Below, in pieces: positions 55,474 to 64,000 of a stretch of DNA of 64,000 nucleotides. A program made the translations under genes and the position numbers. The stretch is from the NCBI RefSeq assembly GCF_000007005.1, contig NC_002754.1. One strand, 5' to 3'. The stretch's first letter is position 1. Each line of letters starts with the position of its first letter. Source of the DNA: Saccharolobus solfataricus P2. Lineage in GTDB: Archaea > Thermoproteota > Thermoprotei_A > Sulfolobales > Sulfolobaceae. Under the pieces are notes generated by a model. That model was not told the DNA's origin, did not search any database, and was given only the letters and a program-made list of their open reading frames with translations.

Positions 55474-56039
55474 AGAAATTACAATTCCTTATCTCAAAAA
55501 ACGTTAAAATAAGTCATTACGGAATTGAGAACGTTAAGAAAATCTGTGGGGTTGATATTGCATATAAGGGTAATCTAGGATTCTCAGTAGGTGTAAGTAT
55601 GGATATTAATAGTGGAGATTATAATTACAAATCTTATGTTGGTGAAGTGAATTTCCCATATATTCCAGGTTTCCTTTTCATGAGGGAAGCTCCATTAATG
55701 ATAAAAGCAATAGAGGGTTTGGATTGTCACCTTCTTTTGGTTGATGGTCATGGGATAGCTCATCCTAGGAAAAGCGGAATTGCTGCAGTTATAGGCGTTC
55801 TCCTAGACTTCCCAACAATTGGGGTAGCGAAATCTAGGCTTACGGGTGATTTGGTTAATGAAAGTGAAATTACCTATGTATATCTAAATGGAGAGAAAGT
55901 AGGGGTTAAATTCGGTAGATATTTTTATAGTCCAGGAAATAAAGTCGACTTACAAGATTGCATTGAACTAGGTAAGAGGGGTTATCCTAAAGTTCTAAAA
56001 ATAGCTGATATGCTCACTAAGAAGATAAAAAAGGAATAA
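55443..56039 (+). CDS. nfi: Endonuclease V
   Basis: [28 protein letters not shown] and PTIGVAKS motifs. Confidence 0.95.
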
Positions 56040-56043
56040 AACT

Positions 56044-56661
56044 GTGCGTGCAGTAAATTTAATTATGAAAATTGAAGTACCATCTATTCCCGAGCATAAA
56101 GAGGTAATATTAGATCCTACTAATACAGCATTAATAATTGTAGACATGCAAAACGACTTTGTGAGGAAAAACGGTAAATTATCAGTTCCTACTGCAGAGG
56201 CTACTATACCATTTATAAAGAGATTAGTCGATAAGGCAAGAAGTTCCAATGCGTTGGTAATATATACACAAGATTGGCACATGAAAGATGACCCAGAATT
56301 TAAAATATGGGGAGAGCACGCATTGGCTGGAACTTGGGGTGCAGAAATAATTGACGAATTAACTCCAGAAAAGAGCGATTTCATAGTTAAGAAGTATAGA
56401 TATGATGCCTTCTTTGAATCCTCATTAGACTATATTCTTAGAGTTAAGAATATCAAAAATACCATAATTACTGGGACTGTTGCAAATATTTGCGTATTAC
56501 ACACTGCTGGTAGTGCTGCTTTAAGATGGTATAATGTAATTATGCCAAAGGATTCAATATCTGCAATAACGGAGTTTGATTATTATGCTACTTTAAGGCA
56601 AGTAGACTTTTTATACAAGGGTATAATAACTACTGCAGATGGCATTAAATTTGAGAGGTAG
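56044..56661 (+). CDS. Isochorismatase/nicotinamidase-family cysteine hydrolase
   Basis: VDMQNDF, KYRYDAF and GTVANIC catalytic triad motifs. Confidence 0.92.
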   Translation: MRAVNLIMKIEVPSIPEHKEVILDPTNTALIIVDMQNDFVRKNGKLSVPTAEATIPFIKRLVDKARSSNALVIYTQDWHMKDDPEFKIWGEHALAGTWGAEIIDELTPEKSDFIVKKYRYDAFFESSLDYILRVKNIKNTIITGTVANICVLHTAGSAALRWYNVIMPKDSISAITEFDYYATLRQVDFLYKGIITTADGIKFER

Positions 56662-56669
56662 GTAAAAAG

Positions 56670-57659
56670 TTGGAATATTATGCAATAGTACATAACGATT
56701 TTGATGGAACAGCATCTGCAGCCGTTTACGCTAGGGCAATTAAATCATTACCTAAAAATGTATTTTTTACAGAGCCAAACAAATTGCATTCACTTCTAGC
56801 TTCATTAGAGTTAAGAGGAGTATATAACGTTATGATAGCAGATTTGGGAATAAATGCCAGTACTTTTAATGAAATTATAAGGAATTTGAAAAAACTCATT
56901 GACCAAGGTGCTAACGTGGAGTGGTTTGATCATCACGTTTGGAAGGATGAATGGAAAGAGGAATTGAAAAAAATCGGCGTTTCAGTATATCACGATACTT
57001 CGACATGTGGTGCAGGAGTTATATATAAATATAAGAATCCTAATGATGAGTTTTCTAGGAGATTGTCTTCAGCAGACTGTTCAGTTGATATATGGCTTCA
57101 TGATGATCCAATGGGAGAAAAATTAAGAAGAATAGTTGAGAATAACAAGGATTACTCATGGAAAAATGAGCTAATAAAAATGTTTTATAACGGAATATTG
57201 TGGGATGATACATTTGATAAGATGTTAGAGGAAGTAGTTTCCAGAGAGTTAGAGGGTTATAAAAAAGTAATGAAGAGTTATAAGTTAATACAAATTAACG
57301 GTCATAAAGTTGTTGTAGCAGTAAGGTGGAAAGGTCCTCCAGATATAAGCTATGCTTCACAGTTTTTGATGACTAGAACTGATGCTTCAGTTTTTGTATC
57401 AGCAAATGGAAAAAGTATTTCTTTTAGAAGTAAGGAGATTGATGTTAGACAGTTTGCTGTTAAGTTAGGAGGTGGAGGGCATCCCTTAGCAGCTGGTGCA
57501 CAACTAAAAGTTCCCATAATATATAGGTTTTTAAATAGGATTGGAATTAAGGGTCCCATGCTAAATTGGGTTACTAAAATCGTTCAGAATACCATAGCAG
57601 ACGTTGGTTTCATAACATATCAAGAGAGTAAAAAGAGTAGCGCTTCTTCGCCGTATTAA
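56670..57659 (+). CDS. DHH/DHHA1-family phosphoesterase
   Basis: HNDFDG, ADLG, FDHH and GGGGHPLAAG motifs. Confidence 0.92.
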   Translation: MEYYAIVHNDFDGTASAAVYARAIKSLPKNVFFTEPNKLHSLLASLELRGVYNVMIADLGINASTFNEIIRNLKKLIDQGANVEWFDHHVWKDEWKEELKKIGVSVYHDTSTCGAGVIYKYKNPNDEFSRRLSSADCSVDIWLHDDPMGEKLRRIVENNKDYSWKNELIKMFYNGILWDDTFDKMLEEVVSRELEGYKKVMKSYKLIQINGHKVVVAVRWKGPPDISYASQFLMTRTDASVFVSANGKSISFRSKEIDVRQFAVKLGGGGHPLAAGAQLKVPIIYRFLNRIGIKGPMLNWVTKIVQNTIADVGFITYQESKKSSASSPY

Positions 57660-58342
57660 AGAGTGTGGATAGTTATAATTCTCTTATTAGCAGGTAACGC
57701 TACATTGTATACTCTAACGCTTTTCACTACTGAGAGTGTTCTTTTTGCGTAATGTGCGTGGCCATGGATTGCTATATTTGGTAAACAATCTTTTCCCTTA
57801 GTTGATAACTCCTCTAAAACTCTATATCCCAAGTGTGGATATACACTTTTTCTTTCACCGAATACTGTTTCAAAGGTACTGGCGTAATGAGTTAAAAGAA
57901 TTTTGATATCTGCCTTAGAGTTGCAACTCATTTCAGTGATTTTTTCTAACCTTTTCATATAAAGGTCTTCAGTTATCCCGTTGCTTGTTTGCCATAATGT
58001 TGGCTTTTCCAGAACTCCTTCACTACCAATTATTATAAGTTTTCTATTCTCTATCTTGATTTCTACTTTTTCATCCTCCAGCCAAATTATATCGCTATAA
58101 TTTTCTCTATAAAATTTTCTATTTTCTATAAAATCTTCATTACCAAAAATTGAAACTATTTGCTTTACTCTATTTTTTAGAGCGTTATATACGGGAGTAA
58201 AATGTAGATACTCACCTCTCTCAACTAGATCTCCAGCTAATAATGCTAAATCAGCCTTGATATTCCCGAGTTCTCGTAAGGCTAAGAAGAATTCGGTTAA
58301 ATACCTAGGTGAGTGTATGTCAGAGGTTGATATGATAAGCAT
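57656..58342 (-). CDS. Calcineurin-like metallophosphoesterase
   Basis: SDIH, AGDL, GNED, THY and HGHAH motifs. Confidence 0.9.
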   Translation of the reverse strand: MLIISTSDIHSPRYLTEFFLALRELGNIKADLALLAGDLVERGEYLHFTPVYNALKNRVKQIVSIFGNEDFIENRKFYRENYSDIIWLEDEKVEIKIENRKLIIIGSEGVLEKPTLWQTSNGITEDLYMKRLEKITEMSCNSKADIKILLTHYASTFETVFGERKSVYPHLGYRVLEELSTKGKDCLPNIAIHGHAHYAKRTLSVVKSVRVYNVALPANKRIITIHTL

Positions 58343-58373
58343 ATATATACCTTATCTTCAGAACTTATAAAGT

Positions 58374-59513
58374 ATGGAAGTAGAGGGAATAGCTGACTTA
58401 CCGCTTCATACTGGTCATGTTCCCCCGTGGTTAGTTCCCATTATGAAAAGGTTAGCTAAGGCCATAGTTGAAATAATGATTCTTGAATTAGGTCCTCAAA
58501 AGGTTGTAGAGAGGTTTTCGAATCCCTTGTGGTTTCAAGGTTTCAATAACATTATTGGAATGGACTGGGATTCCTCTGGCTCTACAACCGTAACATTAGG
58601 TATTTTGAAGGACATTACAAACCCTAAAGTTCATGGTTTTGCTGTGCTGGGAGGTAAAGGCAAAAATGCTCTAAAGGTTCCAGATGAGGTAGATATGTTA
58701 ATTTTTGATGTAGATAAGAATAAAATTAAAAATATAAGTAAAATAGTAGCAAAAGTTGATTCAACCTTGGTTCAAGATGGACATCAACTCTATCATCACA
58801 CCATGCTTGTAACCGAGGACGGAAAATGGAGCATAATCCAGCAAGGCATGAATTTAGAAATAAAGTTCGCTAGGAGATATCATTGGAAAGAGACTGATAA
58901 TTTTGTGGTAGAACCTCATTCTGCAATATCTGGTATTAAGACTAATGTTGTAGTTAACGTAATAGATAGAGATAAGGATAGGACAAGGAAGTTAATATTA
59001 GATTTGCTGAGGGAGAATCCCAATAAGATAGTCTCCTTATATACTCAAGCGATGGCTATGCTTAAAGGTCAATCAACTTTAGACATGTGGATAAAAGGAG
59101 GATCAATAGCGTTCGTATCCAAAGAGGCTAGATTAATTTACATGAAGCCCGTGGATGTTAATAGAATCAAACAAGTACTAAGAGAAATGTATGAATCTAA
59201 CCCACTTACATTTGAGGAAGCACTAATTAATGGTTTAGGTCCCTCCACAGCTAGGGCGTTGTACTTAATAGCAGATCTAATATATAACGAGCCGCCATCT
59301 TACAAAGACCCGATGAATTATCCTTATGACCCATTTAAGTACGCATTTGCTATTGGAGGTAAAGATGGTATTCCATATCCAGTTAATAGGAAAGCTGCTT
59401 GGGAGGTGATATATACCTTAGAAGATTTTATAACTAGAGCTAAGCTTGAAGAAGGCGATAAACGATTAGCCTTAAGGAAGTTAAAAGAACTTTCTAAAGG
59501 TATTGAGAAATAA
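58374..59513 (+). CDS. DUF763-family protein
   Basis: ADLPLH.GHVP.WL, GMDWDSSG.TT, QQGM, RRYHW and GGKDG.PYP motifs. Confidence 0.85.
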   Translation: MEVEGIADLPLHTGHVPPWLVPIMKRLAKAIVEIMILELGPQKVVERFSNPLWFQGFNNIIGMDWDSSGSTTVTLGILKDITNPKVHGFAVLGGKGKNALKVPDEVDMLIFDVDKNKIKNISKIVAKVDSTLVQDGHQLYHHTMLVTEDGKWSIIQQGMNLEIKFARRYHWKETDNFVVEPHSAISGIKTNVVVNVIDRDKDRTRKLILDLLRENPNKIVSLYTQAMAMLKGQSTLDMWIKGGSIAFVSKEARLIYMKPVDVNRIKQVLREMYESNPLTFEEALINGLGPSTARALYLIADLIYNEPPSYKDPMNYPYDPFKYAFAIGGKDGIPYPVNRKAAWEVIYTLEDFITRAKLEEGDKRLALRKLKELSKGIEK

Positions 59514-59622
59514 CCAACGAAAGGAAATATAAATCCAGAACGAGAATAGTCGTTAAGTCAAGTGATCTGAGCTACAAGTAGAGAAGTACTTAAATATAAT
59601 TGCCTACAATAATGTTTTTAGA

Positions 59623-60285
59623 ATGTTCAAATTAAGGCTAAATAATAAGGAAGAAGAGGTATTTGAGAGAATTAGCTTTACTGCAGAACTAATAGGTGAA
59701 GCAGTTAAGATTTTGCAAAACGAAGTAAATCACGTAAGAAAGGGTGAAAATGATCAAATTCCGGCAGATTTAATTAAAATTAAATCTATTCACGAAAGGG
59801 CTGGAATGCTACGTGAGGAAATACTTTCAACTCTTTATGGAGAAGCATTTTTACCAGACTTTAAGGAATCAATGGTAATGTTGACTCAGGCTCTTTTTAA
59901 TACTTTGAGTTCTGTAAAAGATGCGGCTAGAGCTTTGGGGTCTAGGAAAGTTGATCTGAAATGCGTGACAATTCTATCAGACATGTTAATTACGTATCTA
60001 GCATTGGTCAATGAGGCATCACTTAAGATTCACGAACTAACGAGGCACCTGGGATCAGATGTTGAAGTTTCATTAAAACTAAGTAGGGAAATACAAGCAA
60101 TGGAAAGAGAAGGGGATGATATCAAGGACACTCTTTTGCAGAGGCTTTATGAGATAGAGAAGGAAATTGATATTATAAGTATACTACAAATGAAAGATGT
60201 GATTATATTTATAGACGATATATTGGACTCGTTAGAAGATGCGACACTAAGTGTGGAAGTATTTTATGCTACACTAAAGTCCTAA
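59623..60285 (+). CDS. DUF47/PhoU-like phosphate transport regulator
   Basis: EREGDDIK...LY and I.D..EDA repeat pattern; adjacent to a PiT transporter. Confidence 0.85.
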   Translation: MFKLRLNNKEEEVFERISFTAELIGEAVKILQNEVNHVRKGENDQIPADLIKIKSIHERAGMLREEILSTLYGEAFLPDFKESMVMLTQALFNTLSSVKDAARALGSRKVDLKCVTILSDMLITYLALVNEASLKIHELTRHLGSDVEVSLKLSREIQAMEREGDDIKDTLLQRLYEIEKEIDIISILQMKDVIIFIDDILDSLEDATLSVEVFYATLKS

Positions 60286-61260
60286 TATACTCTTTATTAC
60301 TCCAAAGATTGCCAATGAGAGTATTATAGCGAAAATTGGGGATGTAGCCCAACTCCTAAATATTTGTATTACTTGTTTTCTAACATCTGATGTAAAGCTT
60401 CTAAAACTAAGCCCTACTATGCCACCAATTATTGTTTGGGTTATCGATAGCGGTATTCCTAGAATTGTGAAAATTTCATTTATAACATTACTTCCTATTA
60501 ATGCTGATGATGCACCTAAATATCCTAATTTAGTTATACGAAATCCCACCCTTATTGCTATTCTTTGACTAGTCAAAACTCCTAATGCAGCAGATATACC
60601 GTAAAGAGGTATCACAAGGTATGCTGGAGCAGAGAGTAATGCAGAAGATACTATTATGCCTATCGCATTAGCCCCAACTATAAATGAGGTAAAGGCTGAC
60701 GAGAATAGTATAAGGTTTTTATATATTGTAATCTGTTTAATAATACGAGTCTCTGCACTTACAACCTTATTCAACGTTAAATATAATAGAAGGGAAAATC
60801 CAATTGCGACTATTGGCGAGATAACCCACGAGCTTACTATTACCCAGAATTTTACCCAGTCTAACTCTATAAATCCATGCGATATTAAGGTTAATATCGC
60901 AATTGACGGATAAAACGTTTGACTTAAAGAGGAAGGGATACCTGATTTGTTTAAATAATAAAAGGTGATTATTGATGAGGATAATGAGGTAAAAATACCT
61001 ATAGCCACGTATAAACTATTTCCATACACTACCCCATAAACACTGTGTAACATAGTCAAACTACCTAATACTACACCAACTAAAATAGAGACCATATTTA
61101 ATATGTAAGCATATCTTCTTTTTATGGCATTAGTTGCGAACAATATACCTAATGATGTTGCATTATTATTAGCTCCTATCACGTAACTGGATATTAGCCC
61201 TACAATAAATAATAGGTATTCAATAATGTTCTGCATTGAGATTATTATTGTGATTGCCAT
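60274..61260 (-). CDS. PiT-family inorganic phosphate transporter
   Basis: GANNNAT and VGANAIG signature repeats, G.PLSITQ; multiple TM segments. Confidence 0.88.
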   Translation of the reverse strand: MAITIIISMQNIIEYLLFIVGLISSYVIGANNNATSLGILFATNAIKRRYAYILNMVSILVGVVLGSLTMLHSVYGVVYGNSLYVAIGIFTSLSSSIITFYYLNKSGIPSSLSQTFYPSIAILTLISHGFIELDWVKFWVIVSSWVISPIVAIGFSLLLYLTLNKVVSAETRIIKQITIYKNLILFSSAFTSFIVGANAIGIIVSSALLSAPAYLVIPLYGISAALGVLTSQRIAIRVGFRITKLGYLGASSALIGSNVINEIFTILGIPLSITQTIIGGIVGLSFRSFTSDVRKQVIQIFRSWATSPIFAIILSLAIFGVIKSILGL

Positions 61261-61450
61261 TTCTTTTCAGATACCCTAAATAGTAGATTATAGCATCTCT
61301 TATAAAATCGCTTCTGTTAGTATATCCTAAATTCCTTGCAACATTATCAATTTCTTTTATAAATTCGTTCTCCAATTTAAAAGATATCGTCACAGTCCCA
61401 GTAATTTCTAACTCAAATGTTTGATCATCCACCTTTTTCAAAGTCGTCAT
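61220..61450 (-). CDS. CopG/NikR-like RHH protein
   Basis: TISFKLENEFIKEIDNVARNLGYTNRSDFIRDAI; ATG at 61450. Confidence 0.85.
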   Translation of the reverse strand: MTTLKKVDDQTFELEITGTVTISFKLENEFIKEIDNVARNLGYTNRSDFIRDAIIYYLGYLKRNGNHNNNLNAEHY

Positions 61451-61617
61451 GTGAATCATAAATAGTATATGATATAAGTACATAAACATTTTGTCTTGTT
61501 TTCCAACACTATACTTATATAACTCTATCTACTACAATGAAAAATTTTCAACGTATTTCTTTACGGAAAATAGGGTGATAGTGCTTAAAAACCTTCTGCG
61601 AGAAGTAAAATAAGTTT

Positions 61618-63765
61618 ATGAGTTTAGAATTAGAGTGGATGTCAATAGACGACCTAAAATTACCTAGTAACGTTATTGATATAATAAAAAATAGGGGTAT
61701 AAAAAAACTTAACCCACCTCAAACTGAAGCGGTAAAAAAAGGTCTATTAGATGGAAATAGACTACTATTGACTTCGCCTACTGGTTCTGGGAAGACATTA
61801 ATAGCAGAGATGGGAATAATTTCATTTCTTCTAAAAAACGGAGGAAAAGCAATATATGTGACCCCACTTAGGGCTCTTACGAATGAAAAGTATTTAACTT
61901 TTAAGGATTGGGAATCAATAGGTTTTAAAGTGGCTATGACTTCAGGTGATTATGATACAGATGATGCTTGGTTGAAGAATTATGATATTATAATCACCAC
62001 TTATGAAAAGTTAGATTCCCTATGGCGTCATAGACCAGATTGGCTTAATGAGGCTAATTATTTCGTACTGGATGAACTACATTACCTTAACGATCCTGAA
62101 AGAGGGCCAGTAGTTGAGAGCGTCACAATAAGGGCTAAAAGGAGAAATCTATTAGCATTGAGTGCTACAATAAGTAACTATAAGCAAATAGCTAAATGGT
62201 TAGGAGCAGAACCAGTGGCAACGAATTGGAGACCAGTTCCCCTCATGGAGGGTGTTATGTATCCAGAGAGGAAAAAGAAGGAATATACTATACTTTTCAG
62301 AGATAATACTGCCAGGAAGGTTCATGGAGATGACGCCATAATAGCTTATACTCTAGATAGTCTAAGCAAAAATGGACAAGTTTTAGTTTTTAGGAATTCC
62401 AGGAAAATGGCAGAAAGCACAGCATTAAAGATTGCAAATTACATGAATTTTGTAAGTTTAGATGAGAAAGCCATATCTGAGATTTTAAAACAATTGGATG
62501 ATATCGAGGAAGGTGGAAGTGATGAAAAAGAGTTACTAAAATCTCTTATAAGTAAGGGAGTCGCATATCATCACGCTGGACTATCAAAGGCGTTAAGGGA
62601 TATAATAGAGGAGAGTTTCCGGAAAAGAAAAATAAAGGTGATCGTAGCAACTCCAACCTTGGCAGCTGGCGTAAATTTACCTGCTAGAACAGTAATAATA
62701 GGAGATATTTATCGATTCAATAGGAAGATAGTTGGATATTACGATGAAATTCCAGTTATGGAATATAAGCAAATGAGCGGAAGAGCTGGTAGACCTGGTT
62801 TTGATCAGATTGGCGAGTCAATAATTGTGGTAAGGGATAAGGAAGACGTAGATCGAGTATTTAAGAAATATATACTATCTGATGTTGAACCCATTGAATC
62901 TAAACTGGGTAGTGAAAGGGCATTTTACACGTTCTTACTTGGCATACTTTCTGCTGAAGGTAGTCTGAGTGAAAAACAGCTGGAAGCCTTTGCATATGAA
63001 TCTCTGCTTGCAAAGTCAGTAGTTGACGTTTATTTTGATAGGGCCATAAGGTGGCTATCAGAGCATTCTTTTATCAGAGAGGAAAATAATACGTTTACTT
63101 TAACTAATTTTGGAAAGAGGGTTGCTGATCTATATATAAATCCATTTACTGCTGACATCATAAGAAAGGGGCTTGAGGGATATAAGGCTTCGTGTGAAAT
63201 AGCTTACCTCCATTTACTAGCGTTTACTCCAGATGGACCATTAGTATCAGTTGGAAGGAATGAGGAAGAAGAGCTAATTGAATTGCTGGAAGACCTAGAG
63301 TGTGAGCTGTTAGTAGAGGAACCTTATGAGGAAGACGAATATTCTCTTTACTTAAATGCGTTAAAAGTGGCGTTGATAATGAAGGATTGGATAGATGAAG
63401 TTGATGAAGATACCATATTGGGTAAATATAACATAGGTTCTGGAGATTTGAGAAATATCGTTGAAACTATGGACTGGTTAACCTATAGTGCTTACCATTT
63501 ATCTAAAGAGTTAAGGTTAGATGATCACAGCGATAAACTTAGGATCTTGAACTTAAGAGTGACTGATGGTGTAAAGGAAGAGCTATTAGAATTAGTTCAA
63601 ATAGGTGGTGTAGGTAGGAAGAGAGCTAGATTATTGTACAATAACGGAATTAAAGGACTAGGTGATGTTGTAATGAATCCAGATAGAGTTAGGAACTTGT
63701 TAGGCCAAAAGCTAGGTGAGAGAGTTGTCCAAGAGGCTGCAAGATTACTTAATAGATTTCATTAA
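61618..63765 (+). CDS. hel308: Hel308/Hjm superfamily-2 helicase
   Basis: [32 protein letters not shown] and [10 protein letters not shown] motifs; C-terminal HhH. Confidence 0.97.
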   Translation: MSLELEWMSIDDLKLPSNVIDIIKNRGIKKLNPPQTEAVKKGLLDGNRLLLTSPTGSGKTLIAEMGIISFLLKNGGKAIYVTPLRALTNEKYLTFKDWESIGFKVAMTSGDYDTDDAWLKNYDIIITTYEKLDSLWRHRPDWLNEANYFVLDELHYLNDPERGPVVESVTIRAKRRNLLALSATISNYKQIAKWLGAEPVATNWRPVPLMEGVMYPERKKKEYTILFRDNTARKVHGDDAIIAYTLDSLSKNGQVLVFRNSRKMAESTALKIANYMNFVSLDEKAISEILKQLDDIEEGGSDEKELLKSLISKGVAYHHAGLSKALRDIIEESFRKRKIKVIVATPTLAAGVNLPARTVIIGDIYRFNRKIVGYYDEIPVMEYKQMSGRAGRPGFDQIGESIIVVRDKEDVDRVFKKYILSDVEPIESKLGSERAFYTFLLGILSAEGSLSEKQLEAFAYESLLAKSVVDVYFDRAIRWLSEHSFIREENNTFTLTNFGKRVADLYINPFTADIIRKGLEGYKASCEIAYLHLLAFTPDGPLVSVGRNEEEELIELLEDLECELLVEEPYEEDEYSLYLNALKVALIMKDWIDEVDEDTILGKYNIGSGDLRNIVETMDWLTYSAYHLSKELRLDDHSDKLRILNLRVTDGVKEELLELVQIGGVGRKRARLLYNNGIKGLGDVVMNPDRVRNLLGQKLGERVVQEAARLLNRFH

Positions 63766-63766
63766 T

Positions 63767-63901
63767 TTGCCAAACGGAGAAATATTCATTGTAAGGGATG
63801 AGTGTAATACATTAAAAAGGCTTAGGCTAATCCTTTTAGCCTTGGGTCAAGAGGTACAACTTAACAATTGTGAAGAGTTGATTTGTAGAAAAAAGATTTG
63901 A
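63767..63901 (+). CDS. Possible 44-aa Cys-containing small protein
   Basis: TTG start right after the hel308 stop; fills the gap to the convergent gene. Confidence 0.3.
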   Translation: MPNGEIFIVRDECNTLKRLRLILLALGQEVQLNNCEELICRKKI

Positions 63902-64000
63902 TCAGAGAGGTATGTTGCCATGTTTCTTGGGGTATCTGAATTCCCTCTTATTTCTTAACATTTCTAATCCTCTAGCTATTACATTTCTGGTGTCCTTAGG
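63902..64000 (-). CDS. pccB: Acetyl/propionyl-CoA carboxylase carboxyltransferase subunit, C-terminal end (partial)
   Basis: PKDTRNVIARGLEMLRNKREFRYPKKHGNIPL* is the classic PccB C-terminus. Confidence 0.88.
   Translation of the reverse strand, partial: PKDTRNVIARGLEMLRNKREFRYPKKHGNIPL

Noticed and set aside
55995-56384. 129-aa minus-strand ORF
   Set aside because: Antisense to the nfi and isochorismatase genes
59514-59622. Possible sRNA (GTGATCTGA) between DUF763 and DUF47
   Set aside because: No box spacing or guide regions; consistent with a plain promoter
63716-63766. 61-aa version of the ORF after hel308
   Set aside because: The first 17 codons overlap hel308; only the TTG-started part is kept, at low confidence

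Overview
Core chromosomal segment of a Sulfolobales archaeon, very probably Saccharolobus (Sulfolobus) solfataricus. This comes from recognising proteins such as Dpo4, Hel308, the KaiC-like RadA paralogue, TrxB and Hsp20, in a gene order matching roughly SSO2383-SSO2463 from memory; no search was run. About 75 densely packed housekeeping genes cover CoA, thiamine, Moco and pterin synthesis, 3HP/4HB-cycle enzymes, DNA repair, translation and transport. One complete IS of exactly 1225 bp (ISC1225-like, ISH3 family, 17-bp perfect inverted repeats, TTAG target duplication) interrupts the type IV (Aap) pilus ATPase gene. Features missed by the ORF track are three clear box C/D sRNAs with 16S-complementary guides, a 58-aa RHH protein matching the cell-cycle regulator aCcr1, a 45-aa YHS/TRASH protein and a 52-aa membrane peptide. 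Two genes have broken frames: a CoxG paralogue with a T8 tract, and leuA. The most intriguing observation is at leuA. The catalytic DTTLRDGEQ motif has no in-frame ATG/GTG/TTG start. It can be reached from a probably leaderless, Leu-codon-containing 21-codon uORF by a -1 slip at A_AAA_UUA, a candidate leucine-sensing frameshift for an enzyme that lacks its allosteric domain. A simple 1-bp deletion is the competing explanation. Several apparent pseudo-enzymes are also present (DRG-like GTPase, MNT-HEPN pair, amidohydrolase, GS-like protein). No CRISPR array, tRNA or rRNA was seen.
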